From: an uncultured Desulfurococcaceae archaeon | GTDB lineage: Archaea > Thermoproteota > Thermoprotei_A > Sulfolobales > NBVN01 | Assembly: GCA_964636755.1 (NCBI GenBank) | Contig: CAZWSU010000066.1 | Location: 1-62,956 of the forward strand | Direction: 5' to 3' | Length of the DNA: 62,956 nucleotides | In this document: one piece after another, positions 52,560-60,620 of the stretch | Layout of the letters: every line of letters starts with the position of its first letter | How positions within the stretch are numbered: the stretch's first letter is position 1 | Notes under the pieces: model-generated | What the model was told of the DNA's origin: nothing | Database searches by the model: none | Seen by the model: only the letters and a program-made list of their open reading frames with translations | Program-made: the position numbers and the translations under genes

Positions 52560-52892
52560 TCAATATAATTCCCCGTCCACCCTGATTAGCTTCGATTTCT
52601 TCTCATAAGTTTCTAGCATGTTTCTCGTTACGACATGTATTTCGAATGGTTCTTTGATCCCGGCTAGCCACAACTCAGCTAGGACTCTGCCCGGGTGCGT
52701 ATTCGTTACTACTAGGATGTCTACATCGCTTGATAGGAAGTGTTTTCCTTCCGCGACACTCCCGAATAAGTAGATCTCGGCGCTTGGGTCAAGTTTTCTC
52801 GTTACTTCTACTATTTTCTTAATGTATGTCTTAAGGTTCTTGAATACCTTCTTTCTCTCCTCAGCTTCCTCTATTAACAACTCCTCCCACAA
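52560..52892 (-). CDS. Minimal nucleotidyltransferase (MNT), module 3
   Basis: Contains LFGSVAEGKHFLSSDVDILVV. Overlaps the upstream HEPN gene by 32 nt. Confidence 0.85.
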   Translation of the reverse strand: MWEELLIEEAEERKKVFKNLKTYIKKIVEVTRKLDPSAEIYLFGSVAEGKHFLSSDVDILVVTNTHPGRVLAELWLAGIKEPFEIHVVTRNMLETYEKKSKLIRVDGELY

Positions 52893-53292
52893 TATCCATC
52901 AACCTCATGACGACTTGACGTAGTCTCCTAGCTTCCTCCTCGCTATACTCTCTCGCGACATATCTGGACGTGATGTACGCGTCCTCAAGCGAGCCGAGCT
53001 CGACAGCGTAGTCTACGAGAATTCTCTTAATTTCTTCAGCGCTTGTGAGCTTGTAAGCGAGTTCGAGAAGTTTCCTAACGCTGTGTGTCCTTGGGTAATC
53101 GACTCCGAGCTTGAGGAGGCATGCCTTCAAGTAGAGCTGGAGAGCTTGCTCAAGACTGAAAACAGCTAGGTCATGGAAACCTCTCTCAAACTGCATTTCC
53201 GCGGTCTCAAGAAATTTCCTAGACCTTTCTAGGAGGTAATTATATTCCTCGAAGCGAGTCACTAAGCAACACCCCACCTCAAATAACTTCAC
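52861..53292 (-). CDS. HEPN domain protein, module 3
   Basis: Contains LEQALQLYLKACL, PRTHSVRKLL and ITSRYVARE. Confidence 0.8.
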   Translation of the reverse strand: MKLFEVGCCLVTRFEEYNYLLERSRKFLETAEMQFERGFHDLAVFSLEQALQLYLKACLLKLGVDYPRTHSVRKLLELAYKLTSAEEIKRILVDYAVELGSLEDAYITSRYVAREYSEEEARRLRQVVMRLMDIVGGVVNRGS

Positions 53293-53309
53293 GTTAACAA
53301 TAAATTAAG

Positions 53310-53849
53310 TTATGTGTTCTTCGACATCAACATCTTAAATAATAGGATTGTTAGCAATGTTTTAGCGTCTACGTGCTTAGACTTAAGCAAGGTCTTAAGT
53401 GCTTCGTCAACACTTAACTCAACAGTTCTCACGATCTCGCCGGGTTCTGGTGACGCGCCAACGAACCTTAGTTTTCTAGCTATGAGGATGTGCAGTACTT
53501 CGTCGCTGTAGCCGGGCGCTGTGTAAATCGAGGCAACCTTAATTAGCTCGCTGGCCTCATACCCCACCTCCTCCCTCAACTCCCTCCTCGCGGCGCTGAC
53601 CACGTCTTCCCCTAACTCAACCCTGCCTGCAGGGACTTCCAGAACCCAGTCATTAACGGGAACCCTGAATTGATTTACTAAGACCACGCTACCGTCATCT
53701 TTGACTGGCAGTATAGCTACTGCCTCACCAAACCTGACCACATCTCTTAACACGGTTCTGCCCGAATGTAAGTAAGTCTTCTGAATGAGTGTAACCCTCC
53801 TACCACTACATAGGACGGATTCGCCGATAGGGATTAATTCCTCCACCAC
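53310..53849 (-). CDS. NUDIX hydrolase (ADP-ribose pyrophosphatase-like)
   Basis: Nudix box GRVELGEDVVSAARRELREEVGY. Confidence 0.9.
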   Translation of the reverse strand: MVEELIPIGESVLCSGRRVTLIQKTYLHSGRTVLRDVVRFGEAVAILPVKDDGSVVLVNQFRVPVNDWVLEVPAGRVELGEDVVSAARRELREEVGYEASELIKVASIYTAPGYSDEVLHILIARKLRFVGASPEPGEIVRTVELSVDEALKTLLKSKHVDAKTLLTILLFKMLMSKNT

Positions 53850-53882
53850 GAGAGAGCACCGGACATTACGTTCCCTGAGTAA

Positions 53883-54764
53883 TTAAAGGTCTTCTTCCCT
53901 TACCAAATCTCTTGCTAGAGGTATGTTGAGGATTAGCTTCGCTTTAATTGATTCCCGTGCGTATCCTGAGATGTGTGGGTAGTTAGTGATTCCTAAGTGT
54001 TCACTCAGCTTTCTTAAGTTTATGTTGTTTAGGTGTTCTATGATTATTTTCCTTTCTTTAAGTCCTTCTAACTCCCTCACCGCCTCATCACCTGGTTTCT
54101 CGATTTTGAGGGCGTTTACGCAGAACTCTCCTGCGAGGGGTGTCTGAGGCTTGACACACAGCTTAACCACAGCGTTCCTCGCCTTACTCCTCGTGTCAGG
54201 TTCTGAGATTATCGTGTGCACTCCTTTCTTCTCGTCGTACACGACCCTCCACTGCTTGAGACCGCTAACGGTCCATGAAGCCTTGATTAAGTACCTACCG
54301 TCAGTCATCCTTATCTCAGACTTCACGAGGGTTTGAGGCTCGGCGATCTCAAGTGTCTTACTTAGTTTCGGGGTTTTTGACGGGTCTAGACACGCGATGA
54401 TCACGTTTCTTCCAACACGTGAGTTAATCTTAGCTGCTGGTGCTATTAGGTAGCCAATACCCCGCTCATCCACTGCTAGTAAGTACGCGTCACTACATAA
54501 GTCCTCGTAACGAATCTTACTCACGAAAGCGCTACCAGTGCTCGTGAATTCCGCGGTGACGTGATAGCCTCTGCTGTAGTAGCCTCGAGCTCTCAAAAAA
54601 CCTAGCTCAACCTGCACGGGCTTATTCAGTGAGATGCCGTCATCATGAAGTGTTGTAAAGCTCTTAACTCTTAACGCGGATCTAGAGATACTCACACGAT
54701 ACGCTAACAGTGAAGCAAAGAAAGCAACGTAGAACACTACTATCACATATATAAACCAGTCCAA
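53883..54764 (-). CDS. Hypothetical N-terminally anchored protein (293 aa)
   Basis: One N-terminal TM, a beta-rich body, and a possible C-terminal HTH-like segment (LRKLSEHLGITNYPHISGYARE). I recognised no family. Confidence 0.45.
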   Translation of the reverse strand: MDWFIYVIVVFYVAFFASLLAYRVSISRSALRVKSFTTLHDDGISLNKPVQVELGFLRARGYYSRGYHVTAEFTSTGSAFVSKIRYEDLCSDAYLLAVDERGIGYLIAPAAKINSRVGRNVIIACLDPSKTPKLSKTLEIAEPQTLVKSEIRMTDGRYLIKASWTVSGLKQWRVVYDEKKGVHTIISEPDTRSKARNAVVKLCVKPQTPLAGEFCVNALKIEKPGDEAVRELEGLKERKIIIEHLNNINLRKLSEHLGITNYPHISGYARESIKAKLILNIPLARDLVREEDL

Positions 54765-54931
54765 CCCCCAACCCCCGATAAATTAGGAGCCCACAACAAA
54801 TAAGTGTCGCTAGCCTGGAAGACTTAACCCGCGCGAGGGCAGGGTGCTTTGCCAGCTCCAGGCGGTGGATAGACCTACAAACCTATTTTCCGAGTTCTCT
54901 TGTTTGAGGTTTTGGTTTCGAGGGTTGTTTT

Positions 54932-54975
54932 CGGTGTAGTTAACATGCACTTAACTTTACTGCGGTGTAGTTAAC
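54932..54975. repeat. Perfect 13-nt direct repeat CGGTGTAGTTAAC x2, 31-nt period
   Basis: Copies at 54932-54944 and 54963-54975, with a partial third TTAAC between them. Confidence 0.95.
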
Positions 54976-55178
54976 TCCCCGGCTCATTACCTACTTAGAG
55001 AATTCTCGAAGTATAGAATGGAATAACAAAACAACACCGTGTTGAGATCGAAAGACCTAAGTCAAAGCCCTCGGAAACCCCCCTATTAAGATACTTAAGA
55101 ACGAGGATCACCAACCACACTAGATGATCAACGAGTTGATACACTAATTACTCACTGCCCACGCCCCAGCTTCTCAGC

Positions 55179-55204
55179 TTGGAGAAATGCGCGCGTTTCT
55201 CCAA
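55179..55204. repeat. Perfect 9-bp inverted repeat TTGGAGAAA / TTTCTCCAA around a TGCGCGCG loop
   Basis: Read directly. It lies about 90 nt beyond the TctA-type gene stop, so it may be a 3'-end hairpin. Confidence 0.95.
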
Positions 55205-55205
55205 C

Positions 55206-55234
55206 TGTAGAATATCGTTCTACATATGTAGAAT
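55206..55234. repeat. Triple TGTAGAA/TTCTACA element (two direct copies of TGTAGAAT flanking one inverted copy; includes the 16-nt palindrome TTCTACATATGTAGAA)
   Basis: Read directly. The middle copy can pair with either flanking copy. Confidence 0.95.
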
Positions 55235-55292
55235 GAGGACCCAACATTATAGGTTTTCTAAAAAGGGTTTACGTGTGGGGAAGGTTTCCTCC

Positions 55293-56669
55293 CTATATGG
55301 GTAGCCCCATAAGCATCGCTACCAGGGTTGGCGCTGCTACTAAGGTCATGAAGAGTACTCCTAATGATACGCCCAGCTTCCATAACGCTCCCGATACTAT
55401 GCTGATTATGAGGGTTCCGAAAACACCCGTTATTCTGGCGTCGTAGTAGGAGAGCATTATTACTATGGCTATGAATAGTCCGTAGAGTGCTTCCGCGGGC
55501 ACCCTCCTGAAAACTGCTAGCGTTATCTTCCTGGAGTACCTCACTAGTATTGGGTATGCTATGAGGAAAGCTATTAGTGAGGCACCTACTAGGGAGAGAG
55601 CTATGGTGAGGTAGTCGTAGTTTGTTACTAGGTAATCCCTAGCGCTCATACCGAGGTTTTCTAGTTTCTGGAAGAAAGGCATTGCGGGGCCGGCTGCCAT
55701 GGGTCCTGTCGGCTGCCCGATCACCAGCAAAGGTATTATGGTGCCGCCGATGTAGGTGGCGTTCTTAACCGCGTCTCTAACAGTGTAGGCTAGTATGGAG
55801 CCTCTCACCTTATCTTTCTTACTCTCCCTGAGTAGGTCTCCTATGAGTATCGTTAGTCCTACGGGGGACATGACTGTCGCCAGGATTGATGTTATAGCGG
55901 ACCATAGAGTGCTTTGAGCTGCCTCCTCCCTCGTAAGTATCTTGAGGGGGTTTAGAGGTATCTTACCGATCCTGGCTAACTTAACCTCCTTAAGACCTCT
56001 CCTCTCATACGTTTTCTTGAGTTCTGCGTGAAGCATTGAGAGTAGCTCGAACATCATGGGGCCTATCGTTATCCCTAGGAAGAAGCTTATGTAGACAGAC
56101 TTCCCGTAAACAGCTCTGAGACCCTGAATACCTAGAGCGAATGCAGGTATTGAGAGTAACGCAAGACCCTTATTCCTAGACGTGAGAGCTAACACGAGTA
56201 AACCGATTAAGAGTATCCAGAACCACCTAGCAACCTTAACGTTAGGTAATACCTCGTCAGTAGCCCTCAACCAATCACCTAAGGGCATTAAGTAGTAGGA
56301 GATCGTTAAGGTAGTCACTAAAGCCACGAACTGACCCACAACACTCGCCGCGATCCCCTTCCTCAATATAGTGTCAGCCAACCCAGCCTCCTTAGCAGTG
56401 AGAGCGTCGGGAACTTGAGGAACAGCCATAACACCACCGGGAATCCCTGCTAGAGCTACGGGGATACTGTCAGCCATCTTGAAAGCAGCTATGCTAGCAA
56501 TAAACCATACCAGAGCGAGTAGTGGGTCAACACCCACGAGCAGGAGAGTCAAGAGTATTGGAGCCATGGTAGCCGTCTCGTCCGTCCCGGGCAGTATGCC
56601 TATGAATATGTAGAGGATTGTTGAGAGAGCTGAGAGGAGGATCACTAACAACACGGTGAGTGGGTCCAT
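55293..56669 (-). CDS. TctA-family (tripartite tricarboxylate transporter large subunit-like) permease
   Basis: 458 aa, ~12 TM. GILPGTDETATMAPILL and ALAGIPGGVMAVPQVPDALTAKEAG resemble the duplicated TctA motifs. Confidence 0.6.
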   Translation of the reverse strand: MDPLTVLLVILLSALSTILYIFIGILPGTDETATMAPILLTLLLVGVDPLLALVWFIASIAAFKMADSIPVALAGIPGGVMAVPQVPDALTAKEAGLADTILRKGIAASVVGQFVALVTTLTISYYLMPLGDWLRATDEVLPNVKVARWFWILLIGLLVLALTSRNKGLALLSIPAFALGIQGLRAVYGKSVYISFFLGITIGPMMFELLSMLHAELKKTYERRGLKEVKLARIGKIPLNPLKILTREEAAQSTLWSAITSILATVMSPVGLTILIGDLLRESKKDKVRGSILAYTVRDAVKNATYIGGTIIPLLVIGQPTGPMAAGPAMPFFQKLENLGMSARDYLVTNYDYLTIALSLVGASLIAFLIAYPILVRYSRKITLAVFRRVPAEALYGLFIAIVIMLSYYDARITGVFGTLIISIVSGALWKLGVSLGVLFMTLVAAPTLVAMLMGLPI

Positions 56670-56672
56670 GAA

Positions 56673-56990
56673 TCACACCTCCCTAATAACGCGCTTAACC
56701 TTGGTGAAGAACACGCTTACCGCGAACCCTACTGAAGCCCCCACAGCACCTAGAGTGATGGAGAGTCCTGTCGCCGGCACGCCAACCAAGCTAGCTATGT
56801 GTGGGCTCACGAAGTAGAACGCTAAAGCTAAGATCGTGGAGATCAAGGTAGCTACCCCGAACTCCCTCAATGACACGTACTCACCATATAACTCATAATA
56901 TACCTCCTCATCCCCCATAAATAACACCACATCATAAAACACGCTGGAAGGGATTTTATTGTTTAACACAGAAAACAGTACATCAATCAA
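56673..56990 (-). CDS. Small membrane protein upstream of the TctA-type gene (TctB-like role possible)
   Basis: 105 aa with two C-terminal TM helices, 3 nt from the permease start. Confidence 0.4.
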   Translation of the reverse strand: MIDVLFSVLNNKIPSSVFYDVVLFMGDEEVYYELYGEYVSLREFGVATLISTILALAFYFVSPHIASLVGVPATGLSITLGAVGASVGFAVSVFFTKVKRVIREV

Positions 56991-57112
56991 TACATCAAGT
57001 TAAGAATCCTAACAAAATAACTCGCAAACCCCGGAGAGCAAAACATAACCAAGAAAGCCTCAACGACCTCATCAAATAGATTTATATTTTACGAAAACGA
57101 TAACTAAACGCG

Positions 57113-57976
57113 GTGTTAATTTTGGTCGAATATATCCCTAGAAAGAAGATTCTAGAAGAAATGCATAGTAAGGTAGCTAGGGGGGAGCCGATAATAGGTG
57201 TTGGTGCCGGGGTAGGCATAATAGCTAAGGTAGCTGAGTTAGCTGGTGCTGACTTAATCATAATATATAATTCGGGAAGGTATAGGATGGCTGGCTTCGG
57301 CTCCTTAGCGGGTCTCATGCCTTACGGTGACGCGCATCAAGTCCTCCTAGAGTTAGCTCCTGAAGTACTTAGTGTGGTTAAGTACACGCCTGTCCTAGCC
57401 GGGGTGACAGGCACACACCCGTTCTACCAAGGGTACAGGATGAGGAAGTTCCTCCAGGAACTTAAGGAGATGGGGTTCTCAGGAATCCAGAACTTCCCGA
57501 CAGTGGGGCTCATAGATAAGAACTCGCTGTTCAGGAGGAACTTAGAAGAGACTGGGATGGGTTACGACAAGGAGGTTGAGGCGGTTAGGATAGCTCACGA
57601 ACTTGACATGCTCACAACCCCGTACGTGTTCGACGAGGAAAACCTCATCGACATGCTGAAGGCCGGTGCTGACGTCCTAGTCCTGCACTTCGGCTTAACA
57701 GCTAAGGGCACCGTAGGAGCTAGAACCACGATCTCCCTAGAAGAAGCAACTAAGAAAACACAGGAGTGGTCTGAGCTAGCGAGGAGTCAGAAACCCGACG
57801 TGCTAGTCCTGATCCACGGAGGGCCCGTAGCAGACCTTGAAGACTGGAAATACGTAGCTGAGAGAGTTAAGGGGGTTCACGGATTCTTCGGAGCCACAAC
57901 ATTCGAGAGGTTGCCTACGGAGAAAGCAGTGGCGGAGCAGATAAGAGCCTTCAAAGCAGTACGTATAAGAACTTAG
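57113..57976 (+). CDS. PEP-hydrolase-like TIM-barrel protein (homologue of the C-terminal half of plant Tm-1)
   Basis: PIIGVGAGVGIIAKVAELAGADLIIIYNSGRYRMAGFGSLAGLMPYGDA matches the family's N-terminal signature. Confidence 0.8.
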   Translation: MLILVEYIPRKKILEEMHSKVARGEPIIGVGAGVGIIAKVAELAGADLIIIYNSGRYRMAGFGSLAGLMPYGDAHQVLLELAPEVLSVVKYTPVLAGVTGTHPFYQGYRMRKFLQELKEMGFSGIQNFPTVGLIDKNSLFRRNLEETGMGYDKEVEAVRIAHELDMLTTPYVFDEENLIDMLKAGADVLVLHFGLTAKGTVGARTTISLEEATKKTQEWSELARSQKPDVLVLIHGGPVADLEDWKYVAERVKGVHGFFGATTFERLPTEKAVAEQIRAFKAVRIRT

Positions 57977-57988
57977 GGGTCTCGTAAA

Positions 57989-59425
57989 ATGGTTAAGAAA
58001 CCCACGATAGCAATCCTAGTAACCCTAGACACTAAAGAGTGTGAGGGCTACTACCTGAAGGAGAGGGTGGAAGCACACGGCGGTAGGGGATTACTGGTAG
58101 ACCTATCAATGCGTAAATACACCCCTAAGCTAGGCAAGCCAGACATAAGCAACGAGGAGATTGCTAGAGCCGCAGACACCACCATGGACTACGTGAGCAG
58201 ACTCGACAGAGCGAAAGCTCAGGAAGTCATGGCTCGAGGAGCCATCAAGATACTCAAGGAATTCCTAGCAAGAGGGGAGCTAGACGGGGCCATAGGCCTC
58301 GGAGGATCCACAGGCTTCTCCCTAGTAGTCTCAGTAATGCGGGAACTACCTATGTTCCTACCTAAGTTCGCCTTAACCACGGTCATAACTGAGGCTGGCC
58401 CCATCATAGCCGGAGCAGACATAACGCCCGTCTGGTCTATCTCAGACCTAGCCGGCGGCGAGAGAGTTAACGCTATAGAAGCTGAAGTACTTAACAGAGT
58501 AGCTGCCGCGGCGGTCGCCGCAGCCTCACCAACCCCCTACACCGTCGAGAAACGCCCGACAATACTCTCCACACAATTCGGTAACACAACCCCGCACCTC
58601 ATAGTAGCTAAAGACTACCTGACTAAGGAAGGCTACGACGTAATACCGTTCCACGCTCTTGGGAGGACAGGCGGGTACACCATGGAGAGATTAGTGGAGG
58701 CAGGACTAGCTGCGGGAGTTCTAGACCTAACCACACACGAGCTTGTGGACGAGGTTGCTGGAGGAGCTCTCAGCGCCAGCTTCGGAGGCAAGTTAAGGCT
58801 GACCGCGGCAGGACTTAAGGGGGTGCCACAGGTGATCCTACCGGGAGCTCTCGACATGATAAACTTCTGGGGTCCTGCGACGGTCCCAGAGAAATTCCGT
58901 GAAAGATGCGTCTACGAACACAGTAGGGGGTTAGTCACCTTAATTAGAGCAACAGCTGAGGAACTCTACGCTACAGGTAAGTTAATGGCTGAGAGACTTA
59001 ATGCAGCAGTAGGTCCTACAGCCGTGATCTTCCCGCTCAGAGGCTTCAGCATAATAGATAACGACCCCAACGCAAAACCGAAGAACGCCCCTCCCGGAGC
59101 TTACTGCCAGAAAATGGTGTTCAAGAATGGCGAGGTAGTGTTCGAGAAGACCTCCAAGCCATGGCATGACCCGGCGGCAGACCTCCAACTACTGAAGGCC
59201 CTACTAGAGCATCTAGACCTCTCAAAACCAAACATAGATCTAATAGTGGTTGATCACAACCTAAACGACCCTGAGGTAGCCCTTCTCAGCGCTAAAATAC
59301 TGGACGCCATGATTAAAGGCACTTGGAAGAAAGGCTACATCCCGGAAGTACCGGAACTAGAACCTCATAAAGTCCTCAAAGACCCGGAGAAAATCAAGGA
59401 ACTCCTGAAAGAGAGACTCGGCTGA
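57989..59425 (+). CDS. UPF0261 / Tm-1-like ATP-binding domain protein
   Basis: Contains IAILVTLDTKECEGYYLKERVEAHG, GLGGSTG, FGNTTP and TTHELVDE, the UPF0261 pattern. It lies 12 nt downstream of the TIM-barrel partner. Confidence 0.8.
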   Translation: MVKKPTIAILVTLDTKECEGYYLKERVEAHGGRGLLVDLSMRKYTPKLGKPDISNEEIARAADTTMDYVSRLDRAKAQEVMARGAIKILKEFLARGELDGAIGLGGSTGFSLVVSVMRELPMFLPKFALTTVITEAGPIIAGADITPVWSISDLAGGERVNAIEAEVLNRVAAAAVAAASPTPYTVEKRPTILSTQFGNTTPHLIVAKDYLTKEGYDVIPFHALGRTGGYTMERLVEAGLAAGVLDLTTHELVDEVAGGALSASFGGKLRLTAAGLKGVPQVILPGALDMINFWGPATVPEKFRERCVYEHSRGLVTLIRATAEELYATGKLMAERLNAAVGPTAVIFPLRGFSIIDNDPNAKPKNAPPGAYCQKMVFKNGEVVFEKTSKPWHDPAADLQLLKALLEHLDLSKPNIDLIVVDHNLNDPEVALLSAKILDAMIKGTWKKGYIPEVPELEPHKVLKDPEKIKELLKERLG

Positions 59426-59768
59426 ACTCCAAACCTGAGGGTTAAAAAGAAAATGCGTTTTTCACGTTAAGATCATCGTAAATACTTAAAAACAATCAAC
59501 ATTTCTTAGCTTTCTTCTTTTCCTCCTTTTTCTTCCCTTCCTTCTTGCTCATAGGGGTTTATCCCCATGATATATTCTGCGGAAAGACTTTTAAACGATT
59601 TCTCCAAGCCTTAAGAATGTCGTAAATTGATGTTTAGTTTGGGTTAGTCTAGCGGGCTCATTGCCCACGCCTCCGGAGCCGGCGGCAGAACCTGATCCCG
59701 CAATACCACACCTGTGAGGAACGCCGGAAAATGATGGGGGTTTCGGGAGGTGCGGAACCCCGCCTTAA

Positions 59769-60083
59769 ATGACGAGGCCGTCAGTAAGTATGTTAAAGTC
59801 TTTATTTACGGCTTTAGCGGAATTAGGTTGGGTGGGTGCTTTGAGTAAGGCCGGCTTGAAAGGGTACGTGAAAACTAACATATTTCTTACCGCATACGAT
59901 GAGTCCTTCGTTAAGGAATTACTTAAGGAGCTTGAGAAGAAACATAGGATCCTTGAGTTTAGCAAGAGTGAGGTGGTTGACCACTTCTATTACATATCCG
60001 TTGAGGGGGACGCGAAAGAGTTTGAGGTCATCCTTAAAGATAGGACCTCGTGGTATAAGGTAGAAGTACTTGAGTTTAGTTAA
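59769..60083 (+). CDS. Hypothetical protein (104 aa)
   Basis: ORF with ordinary composition. I recognised no motif. Confidence 0.4.
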   Translation: MTRPSVSMLKSLFTALAELGWVGALSKAGLKGYVKTNIFLTAYDESFVKELLKELEKKHRILEFSKSEVVDHFYYISVEGDAKEFEVILKDRTSWYKVEVLEFS

Positions 60084-60217
60084 GGTTTTAAGGAATAAAG
60101 CGATTTATATGTTGATGAGGAGCGGACCACGGACTGAGTAGTGATGTGATAACGCATTACTGATTCACGAAGTAGTGAACATGTGCATCCTTAAATGTGC
60201 TCGACCCTCATTAATAC

Positions 60218-60616
60218 TTGGGGTGGTTAGCCATAAACTCTTTTCGCACAGTCGTTAGGGTTGATGGGAAGGGCCGGATCACATTACCTCTCTACATCAG
60301 GAGGGAGTTAGGTATTGAGGAATTTTCCTCAGTTGAGTTGATAGTGGATCAAGTGAGGAGAGAACTGGTAATAAGACCCATAACATCATCCGGCGAGTAC
60401 CTAATGAACCTCGAGGTACAGCTCGAGAGCCCTGAGAAAGTGAGTGAGTTAGTTAACTTGATAGTCGAGAGCGGGAGTGAGTTAAAGATAATTAACTGCA
60501 TCCCTAATCCAAGTAAATGCTTGGTCTCCGTAAGCGTGGCTGACTCAACAGCAGGGGAGAGACTAGTTGAGGCTTTATCGAGTAAGGGCTTCTCAGTCAA
60601 GGTCGTGGAGGAGTGA
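60218..60616 (+). CDS. AbrB/SpoVT-type DNA-binding domain protein with ACT-like C-terminal domain
   Basis: VRVDGKGRITLPLYIRRELGI is the swapped-hairpin AbrB/MazE signature. The C-terminal ~70 aa have a beta-alpha-beta-beta-alpha-beta pattern. Confidence 0.7.
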   Translation: MGWLAINSFRTVVRVDGKGRITLPLYIRRELGIEEFSSVELIVDQVRRELVIRPITSSGEYLMNLEVQLESPEKVSELVNLIVESGSELKIINCIPNPSKCLVSVSVADSTAGERLVEALSSKGFSVKVVEE

Positions 60617-60620
60617 AAGC

